A stretch of 64,000 nt of DNA. Origin: Lytechinus pictus (Eukaryota). Position 1 is the first letter of the stretch, and every line of letters begins with the position of its first letter. The position numbers and the translations under genes are program-made. Shown in pieces: positions 27,651-41,930 of this stretch. The DNA lies in contig NC_087245.1 in assembly GCF_037042905.1 (NCBI RefSeq), forward strand, positions 31,126,001-31,190,000. The letters run 5' to 3'. The notes beneath the pieces were generated by a model. It made no database searches. It had not been told where the DNA came from and saw nothing but the letters and a program-made list of their open reading frames with translations.

Positions 27651-28312
27651 TCTCCTCACCCCCCCCCCCCTCATTTCCCCAAAATACCAATGACGCAGTC
27701 TTATATCGTGAATTCCATGCCACAGACACGTAACCTGATATCATTTTATATGTATAGTTTTTTGTAAAAAAAAAAATCGATTAAATAACGTACTGGCCCT
27801 TTAAGCGATGTTTTTTTTTTTTGTTCTTTAAAGATGACCTAACACTTTCTCGGTGTACATGAATATGTAACGGGGTTCTTCAATTCACTTGAAAATGCAT
27901 GATGAATATAAACTATGACTCAAATAACTTATGGGAGTTGATAATGTGTGTGTGAGAGAGGGTGTGGGTGTGTGTGTATGAAATAATAATATACGCGGCA
28001 CTTTAAGTGTGCACTTAATTAACCGGACACACATTTCTTCCACTATCCTTATCGCCCGTGCGAATATACAATGTACAACCTTATCGAAGCTATATCATCA
28101 TTCATCACTTTGCTTTACGTAAGATCATTATAATCTCCATTATGATACGGTGGTATGCGTGGTATTTACGTCGGCCAATCAGAGTGCGAATCGGCCCGCA
28201 ATGCACTCTGGGACATCTGATGCATGCAGTGCGATGATAAGGACACCCTCATCATCTTCAACATACATGATACAGGCGGGAGGTGTATAAAGAAATGGTA
28301 TTTACCACTTAA

Positions 28313-28787
28313 AAGACAAGTCCACTCCAACAACAGTTGATTTGAATAAAAAGAGAAAATCTAACAAAAACAACTCTGAAAAGTTCATCAATATCGGAAG
28401 CAAAATAACAGAGTTAAGACATTTTAAGTTTCACAAAATGGTTATTCCTGCTGGGTGTTTCATAAAGCTGTTTGTAAGTTAAGAGCGACTTAAAGAACGA
28501 CTGGTGATCCTTTCTTGTGGTAAATGTATATACATTGGCGATGGTTTAGCGCGTAAGAAAGGATCACCAGTCGTTCTTAAAGTCGCTCTTAACTTACGAA
28601 CAGCTTTATGAAACGGCCCCCTGGTCAGTATATGCAAAATAATGATAGGACTAAGAACGTAATCCATTCACTATATTTCTTTTCTTTTTTCATTATAGGA
28701 AATATGCTCCTCTTTGTCCTGTAAAACAATGTTTTATTCCCCCGGAACATGTGGAATTGCCAATGTTTTAACATTCTATGGGTCAGA
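28313..28787. mobile_element. Truncated family A element interrupted by a MITE
   Basis: TTAA followed by AAGACAAGTCCACTCC; similarity resumes after the 28451-28620 insert. Confidence 0.7.
28451..28620. mobile_element. PIF/Harbinger-like palindromic MITE
   Basis: GTTTCATAAAGCTGT...ACAGCTTTATGAAAC arms; CTG on both sides; related copy at about 63238-63415. Confidence 0.7.
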
Positions 28788-28789
28788 AT

Positions 28790-29057
28790 TAATGAATGAG
28801 GGATTGAAAAAATGAACGAACAAACGAACGAACGAAACGAATGAATGAACGAACACGACTACGAAGAATTGAATGAATGAATGGATGAGTGAATGAATGG
28901 ACGGATGAATGAATAGATTAATGAATTATTGGATGAATGGATGGATGAATGAATGAATGAATGTGAATGAATGAATAAATTAATGAATGGATGAATGAAT
29001 GAATGAATGAATGAATAAATGTATGTATGTACGGGTGTATGTATGTAAGTGTGGGTG

Positions 29058-29091
<34 letters not shown>

Positions 29092-29115
29092 TGCATTCAT
29101 GAAGGATGAATGAAT
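28790..29115. repeat. (GAAT)n/(GTAT)n compound microsatellite
   Basis: Direct inspection. Confidence 0.9.
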
Positions 29116-30553
29116 TTCAATTTGTTTTTAGAGCATTATGAACACTGTTTTGTGAACGCTTTTCGTTTCCTGTTGATCCGTGAGAATCCCTGTGAGTGCC
29201 AGGGCAGGAATATGGAGACTTTTAATCTTGCTTTCTTTCCTTTTTTTTTAACTTCACATTTAACTGGATTTATGCCCGAATTCTCATCATGTTGTACTTG
29301 TTTACGTTTTTATACTGTTTATACGATTTTTTTATCAGGAGGCTGCACTCTACAAGCTCCACTTTTCAGCAGCCTCCTACATTTCCAACCTGTTTGAATA
29401 GTATCATGATTATTGTAATATACATTTTCCTTGTTCTTTTGATTATGTATCAAGATGTATTGAACAAAACATTTTGTAAATGTTGGAGATGTAAATAAAT
29501 GAAATGAAATGAATAAATTCATTAGTATGAATGAATGTGGTCAGCCAGGTCCTACGGATACATTAGAGATTACTTCTTACTTACAAGCCATAATTGAAAC
29601 AAGTTGAAGACCATCATTACTAAATCCAATGATAAATCTTATTTTCTTTTTTTCTGCAGGGGAGCAAATTACCTCGCCAAAAAATATGGATTTGCAACAA
29701 TGCTTGATCGTATGTACCATTCCAGCAATATAATATACATAGACCCATGCTCGACTTTTATGCTATTTTAAAAAGTATTCATTATTACTAGTATAAAAAT
29801 ACACTCAACTTCCCCTTATTACTAATAAAGCTGTATGATATGATATCATCAAATTGTTAACTCTTAAAACAAGACATATGGCATGCAAAAATAATAATTA
29901 TAAGAATTCAAATTATTTCAGTGGTACATCCGAAATACAGTTTCGTTTTTAGCAGACAAGCGAAGAGTCTTGAAATGTAATACAGTATTTTAAACATTTA
30001 TTTTCATTATACTCTAATGAAAAACAAATCGGTCAGGTAAGAATGAATATAGTGCCATTCATGTCACAGGAATGAATAAATATCTCACATGAATGACCTT
30101 TTTTCTAAAATTCTCTCAGTTATTATAAACGTGATAGGCTCAGTGATGTTTGGAAATAGGGACTTATAATCATTTAATGATATCATTGATTTAAGGAGAA
30201 AATAATCATTCAATAATAAACAAACGGTTCCCAGCAATGTCAAACAATATTTTGTTAATATGAAATTGATTATATGAAACTATCCGTGTGAAAAGATCAC
30301 ATTTTAATTTATACACATAAATTATTTCATCTGGTTACAAAAAAATAAAAGCAAACAAATTTATAGGTGAACGATAAATTTATAAGGTATAAGATATCTG
30401 TCGTCATTTTTACATCAGTTTTGGAGTTAAACCATCAATATAATTTATTTTAGATAAGAAGAGAAGGTAGCTTTGTTTATAGTATAGCAAATCCTTTATA
30501 CAGGAATGTAGGATAAATACAGGGTTTTCAAAAAAAAAAAAAAAAAAAAAAAA

Positions 30554-30599
<46 letters not shown>

Positions 30600-30722
30600 T
30601 CTGGCATAATATAAGGAACAAATAATTACAAATGGTTTAGTAATATACATATACTCTTTAATTGTTTCACTTTGTTCATTTGTATACTGCTTTTCTTTGA
30701 AATAAAGAAGTCATTACAATCA

Positions 30723-30753
<31 letters not shown>

Positions 30754-31603
30754 CATATATAAAATATGCAAAAATAAAAAAGGAAGTGTTTTATTTCATT
30801 CTAGATGAATGACCCTTGACTTACAAAATTTGGAATATTACTCAATTTAAATTTATCCTTTAAAAAATAAGCTTACGAAGAATTTTGTCTAAGATTTCAA
30901 GATTTGTGTTTTTAAAAAAAATTATTTGTCTCAATAAATATCAAGCTTCGGTCAGGTAAGAATGAATAAAGTGAAATACATAAAAATTCTGAAAATATTT
31001 TTTGAAGAATGACATGAATATTACAGTAAATACGGGACAGGGTGCAAACGACGCCCTAGTATAATACGATACAGCTGAACTTGGCCTGGGCATATATCAG
31101 TCGGCCATTCAGAAATCGCAGTCCAAATGTCAGCGTGTATGCGAGCGAAAGGTCATTACGAGGGAACAAAATATGTTATGCCTCCTACATCTCTATTTGT
31201 AAGGGCCTTATACAGAGTTCATCACGTCTGGTAACGGCTGTGGTCCTGTAATGATAGAAAACTGATCGGAGACATTATATTTGCGTGTGTTTATATTAGA
31301 CAATAAATTTGTTAGTCGATTTCTATATAATATTATGTTCCATAAACATCATTATTTCAGTTTTTATTTTGTGTTCTCTTGGATTATCATTTTCATGAGT
31401 ATCATCATTATGTGAATCATTTTCATTATTGTTATCGTTATAAGAAGAAGTAGTAGTAGTAGTAGCAGCAGCAGCATCAACAGTAGAAGTAGTAGTAGTA
31501 GTAGTAGTAGAAGTAGTAGAAATATTCATAACATTTGATTTAATTTGGTTTATTGTCATCTTTACTATCATCTTTATTAGTATATCTCGTTTATTATTAT
31601 TAT

Positions 31604-31638
<35 letters not shown>

Positions 31639-33437
31639 ATAGTAGTATAATTTTTGATACTATTATTATTATTATTATTATTATCATCACTGTTATTTAA
31701 CCATCAAAGTCATTAACATTATCATCAAAATCATACCTATATTATTATCAGTTAAAGATAATTATCCTTAAGTTTTTTTTAGAAATATAGTAACATTACA
31801 TTGATTTTATAGAGTCTAAGGTGGAAATATATAAGTTGCAAAACGAGAGTCCCATATCAAGAGAGCAATAATTTCGACCTCGCGCTGTGACAGACAAAAG
31901 TCAAAATAGCCGTGGAATGCATGCATGCATACATACGTCAAAGCGATTGACTGTATAACGAGCTATATGTTGCACCCGCCCAGGGGCACGGTTTCCTTCC
32001 CAAACAAATCGGTTTGTGATCATAACAGCTCCCTTGGGGAGTGAATGTCAGTCTTATAGGAGTGATTGAAAATCGGTGGATCATCCTTATGATATTCTCA
32101 TTATCTGACTTCTTTCTCAAGCTATTAGTGATTTCTGTCGCCTATCTATGAAAAGCAGGTGCGGCGCCACAGATGAAGGGGGGCAGTGGGCATCCCCCTC
32201 ATATAATTCAAGTATTGAAAACAGAATTTTCAAGTATTAGAAAGTGAAGAAAAGGGGAGAAACAAGATTAATAGAAGGACAAGGAGAACGAAAGATTATT
32301 CTTTTAATATCCCTATTAATCAATTTCGAAAATGACGTCACTTTTAGTTCGTCTCCCTCCCTATGAACATATAGGCCTAATTACTACGCCATCCATGTCG
32401 AGTATAGGTATCTACTTTTCGATGCACAATATCAGATCATAATTAAGAAGATAAAATAGCACCTTTAAATGCCGTCCATGAGGTAATCTTGACCATTTCT
32501 CTTACAGATTAAAGGAAAAAAATATTATCAATCATTCGTCCATTTTGTATATAGGATCTAAACATAATTTTATATATATTTTATTAATAGAAAATGTATT
32601 TGTGAGTCCTTATTTATTTTCCACATAAACGGATAAATAAATGATGTAAAAAGAAATTGAACTTTAAGAAGTTTTTTTTATGATAGCCCAAACTCAACAA
32701 TGTATATGATCATGAAACAAAACCATCCACATACTGAGGAAATTCATATACCCCTTCAATAAAGAGGGAAGTAAAAACTTTTCTCGACAGTTCATACAGT
32801 ATTTTTGTTTTCGACAAGGTTTATTGCTATCATAATTATAGGCCTACTTATTCTTCCACCTATAATGTGGAAGTTGGATTGATGCATGCCTTCCGCCCCA
32901 ATACTTTCCTGCACTTGTCGGCCAATAATGATTCTAATTCTGTACTAAATTGAATTTGTACTGTCAACATTGGCGCTGAAGGACCGGTGGAACGCCTGTT
33001 AAGTCACAAAGAACAATCAAAATTCACTTTTGGGGTTTTATCCGTTCTTAGGGCTTGACTTATTCCGGGTGCAGTTTCAAATCGTGGACTTTCTATAGAT
33101 ATCTCGTAATTATAATTATGTGAAACATGAACGAAATTAATAAAACAATAACTTCGTTTTGAGTCACTTTCGCAGATGTGATTCCAAGAAGCACCATCAG
33201 AAATGTTATAGAATTAACATCATCCATGTTATTCGAAGGGAAACTCATCAAGAAGTATCTGCTCCATCCATACTTCGCTGTCAGGAATTACTTTCCATTA
33301 TTTTCCAGGGTAGCTAATTAACATTTATGATAATGAAGTTTGAAGAAAATGAAGTTTAAAACATGAATTAAAAATGGGTTAAACATTGCATGAAAAGTGT
33401 GATAAATGAATTTCAAATTGAAAAGGCAAGCTCCTAC

Positions 33438-33761
33438 CTTTTTTAAAAGCACTTGTCATGAAACTCCAGAGAAGAGAGATTAGAATGAGCTCAATTTTGG
33501 AATCGGCCCAGGGATGAGATAGAACGTAGAGAACACACGATCAAGAGTATCCGTGCTCCAGCGAGGATAGGTTATAGAAAACCGCCGTATTTCACTGGGA
33601 GGGTGGCAGCCAAGTTAGCTCGGGAGCTGCGGGCGCGGGCTGACGGGAAGGCACGGGCGACCCCGACCAGACGATACGGGGTGAAAATTCCTGCCACATT
33701 CCATCGCCCTGAACGGAGAGATGCTCCGGTCAGTGCTACTTGGCTGTGCTACCAAATATGG
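33438..33761 (-). promoter_or_regulatory. Candidate muscle promoter and non-coding first exon of the twitchin-like gene
   Basis: CArG box CCAAATATGG at 33752-33761; MCAT CATTCC at 33697-33702; local GC-rich island; TATA-like CTATAAC (minus) near 33572-33578; AG/GTAGG donor at 33437. Confidence 0.5.
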
Positions 33762-35335
33762 AAAACGGGGGTCTGCGAAAAGATGTATCATGCACGGAGA
33801 ACCTTGTGTGTGATTACATTGTATGTATTGCTGCTACAAGCAGCTATGTATCGCCACGGTGGATTCTGATAAGATGGGTGTGTAGCCATTTTGGCGGGCT
33901 TTGTATATACACATTTCTAGTACTATAGCTAACGTAGATGTAGACTTGGTGTACTTAAAAGAAACTTTCTTGTACACTCCCTGTGGGTCTCTTTCTCTGA
34001 ATTTACTGACAGCCCGTTTTCTCTAGGCTCCTTTTGATGGCCTTTGGCAAGGTTTCTCTGATAAACAATTTCATTCACTGAGGGCGAAGCCAAACTTTAA
34101 TGACTGGAGTGTTGGTCAGTTGTAGCTTTCATTTACACGTTGGAATAAGTCACTTAGACTTTGTTTCTTAGGAAAAGGGCAAAATAAAGTTTTCCATGAA
34201 TGTTTTCATTGAAAATCTCGCATAAAGTACGGTCTCCTTAACCGTTTGAAAAAAATTTGGTACTGAGCAACAATGAAATAATTATAATCCCGAAGAACAT
34301 TCACAAATTACATAAACTATGCGTTCTTAAACTCACACGGAGCCATGTCGGTGGCCGTGATGTTTGGCGGTTCATTGTTGCATGTTTGGGTGATGTAAAG
34401 AAGTGTTTATTTTCCATATTTGTTGTTTAACACGAGTTCCTCTCCACAATAACAATGAAATGTTTTATATAGGCCTCAATTGTCTGAAAACAATACATTT
34501 TGATACCAGTGCAGCAGCTCATTTTAATTTCTTAATTAACGTTCAGAAACAAAAGGAAATTGAAGAAACAAAATGTCTGCCCAAACAGGTGCGAAATGTT
34601 TTTAACTACGCACATAAAGGTGCAAAACTTTTAGGGCGCAAAGTTGCACCCCAACTTAAAGCTCATAGGCCCAAAGGTCTCAAAATTGTACTTTTCTTTC
34701 ATAATTATGATAGACGTACATTATTGTCAGACGAGATGCCATCCAAATCCTTTCATTTAGTTTTGCACAGAATCAAAATTTCCTTTTGATGCCAGTGCAT
34801 CATTTTAACTTCATCTCAGAGGGGCTCAGAGACCAAAAAAAAATGAGGAAACAAAATGTCTGCCGAAACAGTTAAACACGGCCCTTAGTCATTTCAATAA
34901 ACTACATTAATGTCAATGAAATATCGCTCCGTGAAATCCAAGCTTCGTTACGGTGGATATAATTCAGGGCATATGTCAAATGCGTAGAAACATTCTGCCC
35001 AGGCCAGTCAAAGGAGTTGCTTATTGAAGAAAAGGTCAGAGGTTAATGAAGCATGGTTGTGTCGCCTCTTCGTCGAGTTCGTCCATGATAGGCCATGGTG
35101 TGTCATTTAAGTAATGGCAAAGCCACGTTTCGTTTCGTGTGATGTGTTTAAGCCCCTAACAAGTTGATCATTTTTCATAGATTTTTGCTCATGCTTTTCG
35201 ACAAGCCTACAGAAAGCCTCCATGTAGGCCTATCCGATGTCAGACTCATTAAATCAGAACTCATATAGACGTAATTATAGCAGGGTCTTGAATCAAATCC
35301 ATATTAACGTCACGTAACTATAGGCCTATCCATAA

Positions 35336-35945
35336 AGGACAAGTCCATCCCAACAAAAAGTTTATTTGAATAAAAAGAGAAAAATCCAACAAGCATAACT
35401 GCATAACACTGAAAACTTCATCAAAATCGGATGTAAAATAACAAAGTTATGATATTTTAAAATTTCGCTTAATTTCACAAAACAGTTATATGCACATCCT
35501 GGTCGGTATGCAAAATTAATGAGGAGACTGATGACGTCATCCACTCACTATTTCTTTTGTATTTTATTATATGAAATATTCAAATTTTCTCCTCAATGTC
35601 AAGTGAAAAAACGATAACTCATCCCTGCGTGCAATTAGCATTGTTTAATACTGTATATGGTTTAGTCAAGTTGGTCCATATTGTCAAATTTGTAAAAAAT
35701 GAAATAATGTATAATTCAAACAATAAAAAACGAAAGAAATAGTGAGTGAGGGACATCATCAACTTACTGTTTCATTTGCATGTCACTGAGTTGTGCATAT
35801 CACTGGTTTTATTTGAAGAAGCGAAACTTTAAAATGTCATAACTTTCTTTTTTTACATCCGATTTTGATGATATTTTCTGTGTTATGCTAGTTTGAATTT
35901 TCTCTATTTATTCAAATCAACAGTTTCCTGTGGTGGACTTGACCT
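35336..35945. mobile_element. Kolobok-like element (family A, copy 3)
   Basis: Same family; flanked by ATAA on both sides (4-bp TSD). Confidence 0.85.
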
Positions 35946-35979
35946 ATAAATTCGAAAATATATAAATTTTCTATTTAGA

Positions 35980-37702
35980 AATTTATTAAATGCTATACTA
36001 TATACTTTATTACTTCTACATGTCGTTCATAAACATAAACGTCCTGGTTATGTTTAATAATAATCTTGAAGGGGCTAGCAAGATGGTTAAAATTCACAGG
36101 GTCGACTTGTATAGGGTAATGTAGGATTCTAAAATGTAACGGAAATATATTTGATTTGCTAATGATATCACCTCCAAAATGATTTAAAAGATTACACAAG
36201 CAAGAACGATAACGGGTTAAAACATGATTACAGTATTCAAGTATTAACAAGGAAACATCATTTTATTATTCTAATGAACTCATACAGAACTCTTACTGAA
36301 AGTTATGTTCAAAATTAAATGACTGGCCAAACCTTTCGCATATTGAGTTATTTGTAATTGTATTTTCCAGCTGTCCATAATAATCTTGTCATCCAAATTA
36401 TTATTTTTTTGTAAATTCGATATTATTTGGTTGCCATGGCAATAGCTTCAGATGTTATTTATACATTTTGCATCAAACATATCTACATGTATGTTTAGCA
36501 CACTAAGATTAGGGGAAATGCAAGAAAAATCAGATTCTAAAGTCCCTTTTTTAATCAAAACTGGTACTAAATGATCCGTTGCTATGGCAACAGGCCATTT
36601 GGAACATGAATATTTATCGTTGAATTCAAGTATTACCAAGGCAACATCAATGTTTATCATTCTAATTAGTTCATGCAGAACACTCACTGTATTATTTCCC
36701 CCTAAATTGAGTAGGTAAAACCTTACGCATGTACATGTTAATTTTCATTGTATTTTCCACCTGTCCATTGTCTTGTCAACCATGTTATTTTTGTAAATTA
36801 GATGTTATTTGGTTGCCATGGCAATGGCTTAAGATGTTATATTCATAAATTTAGTCACAAACATATCTCGATTAGTACCTTATAATTAGGGAAAATGGAA
36901 TGATGATCATACATGTATTCTACATTTTTATCAATATTTTTACCTTTCTAGAGGGAAATAAGCTGTTGCCATGGCAACAGGCCCTTTGCAAAATTGTTTC
37001 TTTTTAAATTTAATTCAAGCTTTGCCAAGGGAACATAATGTTTTATCTTTATAAAGAACTCCTGCATAACACTTTCTGTATTTTTTGTTCAAATGAGGGG
37101 GTCAAAACTTAAGCAGACAGATTAAGTAAATTCCACTTGTATTTTCCACCTGTCCATTGTCTTGTCAACCATGTTATTTTTGTAAATTAGATGTTATTTG
37201 GTTGCCATGGCAATGGCTTGAGATGTAATTTACTCATTTAGCAACCAAAGTATCTTTGTTAAGCACTGTAAAATTAGGGAAAATTAAAGATAAATCATAT
37301 TCTAAAAATTTTTATTTTTCTGGGGAAAAACAAGCCGTTGCCATGGCAACGGACCAATTGGAACTATCTTGATGATCTTGAATATTTCTAAATTTCATAT
37401 GTATTCAATAGGGAGCCTGAAAATTATCATTTTGGTCATCTATATCATGTTTATTTACCATTTACATGGGAATGTATGTTATTTTAGGGAAATTAATCCG
37501 TTGCCATGGCAACGGCCGAAAATGGCATTTTCACGGTGATTAAAATTGCTTTTTGCCTCCCGGGCACAGGTGACGCAAAACAAATATGTTATTTTATAAT
37601 GATAAAAATAATAATGATTATCGCTTAACACCTGGTAGACAAACGTAAGACCAAGTATGATCATTCGAGGGGAAGAAATCAGCACAAAATTCACCTCTAG
37701 TT
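35980..37702. repeat. Degenerate ~390-bp tandem repeat with GTTGCCATGGCAAC palindromes; possible Helitron/Helentron-type element
   Basis: TATTTTCCA(G/C)CTGTCCAT recurs near 36361, 36751 and 37140; ends in ...CTCTAGT. Confidence 0.6.
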
Positions 37703-38047
37703 CAAAGAATTTTATTCATCAATAGAGTAAGCGAAAAGACGAGATGGAAAATAACAAAATGGCTCGGTCGTTTATTGATGAAGTGAAGATCTGGTAAAAA
37801 AAGTAATGGTTTCTTTTTTTTCACGGACCACATATTTCGTTCAAGTTTTCGAACTCAGGATAAATCCTTGTTTTTGTTATAGTTTTCTCCAGAGTTGGAT
37901 ATAAATACTTGTACTTCATTCTCGATCAGTTCTTGATATTATCTTACTTTCTCTGTTTGGAAAAAAAATGTTTTCCTTTCGCAGTTTTAAAGAAATAATC
38001 ATACCTAATCAGCAAATAATCATCATAATAATTATCATTATTATAGA

Positions 38048-38052
38048 TAGTA

Positions 38053-38110
<58 letters not shown>

Positions 38111-38136
38111 AAGTAGTAGTAGTAGTATTAGTAGTA

Positions 38137-38197
<61 letters not shown>

Positions 38198-38227
38198 AAG
38201 TAGTAGTAGAAGTAGTAGTAGTAGTAT

Positions 38228-38288
<61 letters not shown>
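38048..38288. repeat. (TAG)n microsatellite
   Basis: Direct inspection. Confidence 0.95.
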
Positions 38289-38289
<1 letters not shown>

Positions 38290-39147
38290 CACTGTTAAAA
38301 AAATTATCCTTAAAGGAGAATGAAACCCTTGAAACCAGCTGAATCCATATCAAAGAGAAAAATCAAAGAAACATATTGTTGAAAGTTTGAGGAAGATTGA
38401 ATGAATAATAAGAAAGTTATGAGCATTCGAATATTGAGATCACTAGTGCCATGTAGATCCTCCCAACGACAATGCGACCAAGATCTGTGATATCACACAC
38501 GTACAACTCCCTCATTACTTTAGTACTTATTTCACTTATATTCTCACTTTTACAGAGTCTATCACAAGGTGAGGTGTTCTCTTTATGAGATGACAAATAC
38601 AGAGGTTTCACAACATTATATTATCATTGATGAATCGTTTGTCATATGATTAGAATGAGCAAAAAGAGATGTTTTGGGGTATATTTTCAGTGTCCAAATG
38701 GGAGAGTTGTACGTGTGTGACATCACAGATCTTGGTCGCATTGCCAATGGGAGGATCTCCATAGCATTAGTGCTCTCGACATTCAAATGCTCATAACTCT
38801 TTTATTGCTAGTCCTATTTTACTCAAAGTTTTGTTGATCTTATTCTTTGATTTTTCTGCTTTCACAAAAGCTAACTTGCTCCAAGAGTTTCATTCTCCTA
38901 AAGTAAAAGAAGTTCCTGCAGCAGTCTCGAGAACACCTGTAATCTTACCAAATTACAGAAAATTGGTATTTGGTGTATGTAATCCTACAAATTTCCTTAA
39001 ATAAAACACCTTTTTCCCCTTTTTAAACAGACCTGTTCTGTTAAATTGCAGAAAAAATTATGTTTTATGAATTTACAGAATGATTCTTTTATTGCTTTCT
39101 GCAAAATATTGTATTTTTTCTGTAAAATCACGTTTTTTTTAACAGTG
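38290..39147. mobile_element. CACTA/EnSpm-like element inserted in (TAG)n
   Basis: TA-CACTGTTAAAAAAA...TTTTTTTAACAGTG-TA. Confidence 0.7.
38314..38899. mobile_element. Kolobok-like palindromic element (family B) nested in the CACTA-like element
   Basis: AGGAGAATGAAAC...GTTTCATTCTCCT termini; long inverted arms containing GCGACCAAGATCTGTGAT. Confidence 0.7.
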
Positions 39148-39313
39148 TAGTATAGTAGCAGCAGCAGCAGCAGTAGTAGCAGCAGCAGCAGTAGTAGTAG
39201 TATAGCAGAAGTAGCAGTAGTAGCAGTCAGTGGTAGTAGTAGTATAGTATTATAAAATCACGTAGTACTAGAAGTAGTATAGTAGTAGTAGTAGTAGTAG
39301 CAGCAGTAGTAGC

Positions 39314-39378
<65 letters not shown>

Positions 39379-39397
39379 AATAGTAGTAGTAGTAGTA
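39148..39397. repeat. (TAG/CAG)n microsatellite
   Basis: Direct inspection. Confidence 0.9.
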
Positions 39398-41135
39398 CAT
39401 AGGCGGATCCAGGGGGCCCGAGGCTTCCCCCCCCCCCCATTGGTGGATCAAAAAAAGAAAACAATAAGCGAAAAAAAGGAAGAAAGGATCGAGGAAAAGA
39501 GAGAAAAGGAAGAGGAGGAGGAAGAAGACGAGTGAATAAATTAAGTTGAGGGAGCCTTGGAAAACAAATAAACAAAAAATATTTCATGTCACTTCATTGC
39601 CTGTGTAGTGATTTACATATCTTGCTCAATATGGAGCTTGAAATATCGAATTTGAAAGTCAATATACAAAACATACTTCAGGTCGGAAATAGAAATTTCA
39701 TTATTTTGTTAGATTTGCAAATTTATTTTTAATAAGTGTTCTGTAAAAATGTCAGTTTTATGGTCTGAATATTGAAATTTTCTGCTCGCGTTGCGCGCTC
39801 GCAAAATTTGATTTGTTTGGCACCTATTATTTTCGTATATTCCATAAAGTTCTCAAAATATCCCTATTCAGGTCTGATTGTCAACACGTATCAGCAAGCG
39901 CTACACGCTCGCGTTTTGAATGGTGAGTTATGTATATCGCAATATTAATTATATATAATTATAATAACAAACTACTTAAATTTCCCATTTCCGTTTATCA
40001 AAAATTTCGTCTCGCGATTTGCGCTTGCATTGATTGTGAAAAATATATTAACTCATGCATCCTATTCATAATTACAAAAGTGCTTGAAAATAAAATGTCC
40101 AGTTTTCAGGCTCTCATTAGGCTCATTAGATTAATAAATAAGATATTAATTTCATTGTCTCCTTTGGCAGAATATAATATTGACAAGTATCATCTCGCAC
40201 TTAGAAAGAGGAAAAGGAAGATAGTCATCATTTGAATATGATGACATAATGTCCTTAGAATGTCCCTATGTAAAAACTCTAAGTATTAATATTAAAAAAT
40301 GCCAGCTCTTTATTAAGTGCGATCCATATCCACCTCACAGTGCTTGAAATATAGAGCTTAAATTGACCCTTTTCAGATTGGAATATGAAAAATTTTGAGC
40401 TCGCGCTTCGCGCTCGCTTTATTGATTTTCATGATATGAAAATGTATTTTAGAATGTCCAGATTCTAGCTCTGAATCTGAAATACTCGCGCCTCATATTT
40501 AATCAGATATGTACGCAGCTTGTTCTTTATTCCAGATTAGAATATCAAACAATTTCTGCTCGCTCTTTGCGCTCGCATTATATCCCCAATTATTCATCCG
40601 TTTCATGATTTACAAAACATGAATAGAGTGTCCCGTTATTATGTCTAAATCTCGAATCATTCAGCTCGCGCTTCGCGCTCGCAACAATTGTTTAGTTTTA
40701 TACCTATCCTAACTACTGTTCACGATTACAAAAGGTGCTTAAGATTTCCATTCTTGAAAATTTTTCAGCTCGCGCATTTGATTGTTAAAATGTGTAACGT
40801 CTTCATGGCTGCTGCAAGCAGTTCTTAATAGGTACCATTCGATCAGTTCAAAACGTTCATTAAAATATATTTAGTTGCATACACATGTTCTTTAGGGTCA
40901 CATACTTTGCCCAGAATGTTCAAATTTTAGGACAAAATACATAGAATTTCAACAAAAAATAGCTCGTGCTTCGCGCTAGCACTATTTAAATAAAGATTAT
41001 GAGGTTATTATATAATATGTTGATTTAAAGCTAAGAAGTGACTACTATAGTATTAAGACTAGACACTAAAAATAATCATCTTCGAGCGGCCGATCGGCCC
41101 CCCCCCCCTATTGGCGAAGGCTAAATCCGCCCCTG
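39398..41135. mobile_element. hAT-like non-autonomous element with repeated GCTCGCGCTTCGCGCTCGC motifs, inserted in (TAG)n
   Basis: CATAGGCGGATCC...AATCCGCCCCTG termini; degenerate internal repeats. Confidence 0.6.
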
Positions 41136-41174
<39 letters not shown>

Positions 41175-41175
41175 A

Positions 41176-41222
<47 letters not shown>

Positions 41223-41287
41223 ATAGTAGTAGTAGTAGTAGTAGTAGTAGTACTAGTAGTAGTTAAGTAGTAGTAGTAGTAGTAGTA

Positions 41288-41364
<77 letters not shown>

Positions 41365-41399
41365 CTAGTAGTAGTTAAGTAGTAGTAGTAGTAGTAGTA

Positions 41400-41455
<56 letters not shown>

Positions 41456-41515
41456 ATAGTAGTAGAAGTAGTAGTAGTAGTAGTAGTATAGTAGTAGTAG
41501 TAGTAGTAGTAGTAA

Positions 41516-41577
<62 letters not shown>

Positions 41578-41612
41578 CTAGTAGTAGTTAAGTAGTAGTA
41601 GTAGTAGTAGTA

Positions 41613-41683
<71 letters not shown>

Positions 41684-41718
41684 CTAGTAGTAGTTAAGTA
41701 GTAGTAGTAGTAGTAGTA

Positions 41719-41788
<70 letters not shown>

Positions 41789-41815
41789 TGCAGTAGTAGT
41801 AGTAGTAGCAGCAGC

Positions 41816-41892
<77 letters not shown>

Positions 41893-41930
41893 CATAGTAG
41901 TAGTATAGTAGTAGTAGTAGTAGTATAGCA
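41136..41930. repeat. Long (TAG)n microsatellite with higher-order TACTAGTAGTAGTTAAG interruptions
   Basis: Direct inspection. Confidence 0.95.

Noticed and set aside
34490..34872. Two diverged ~90-bp direct repeats and the 128-aa ORF at 34403
   Set aside because: No recognisable domain or splice pattern; likely old repeat debris
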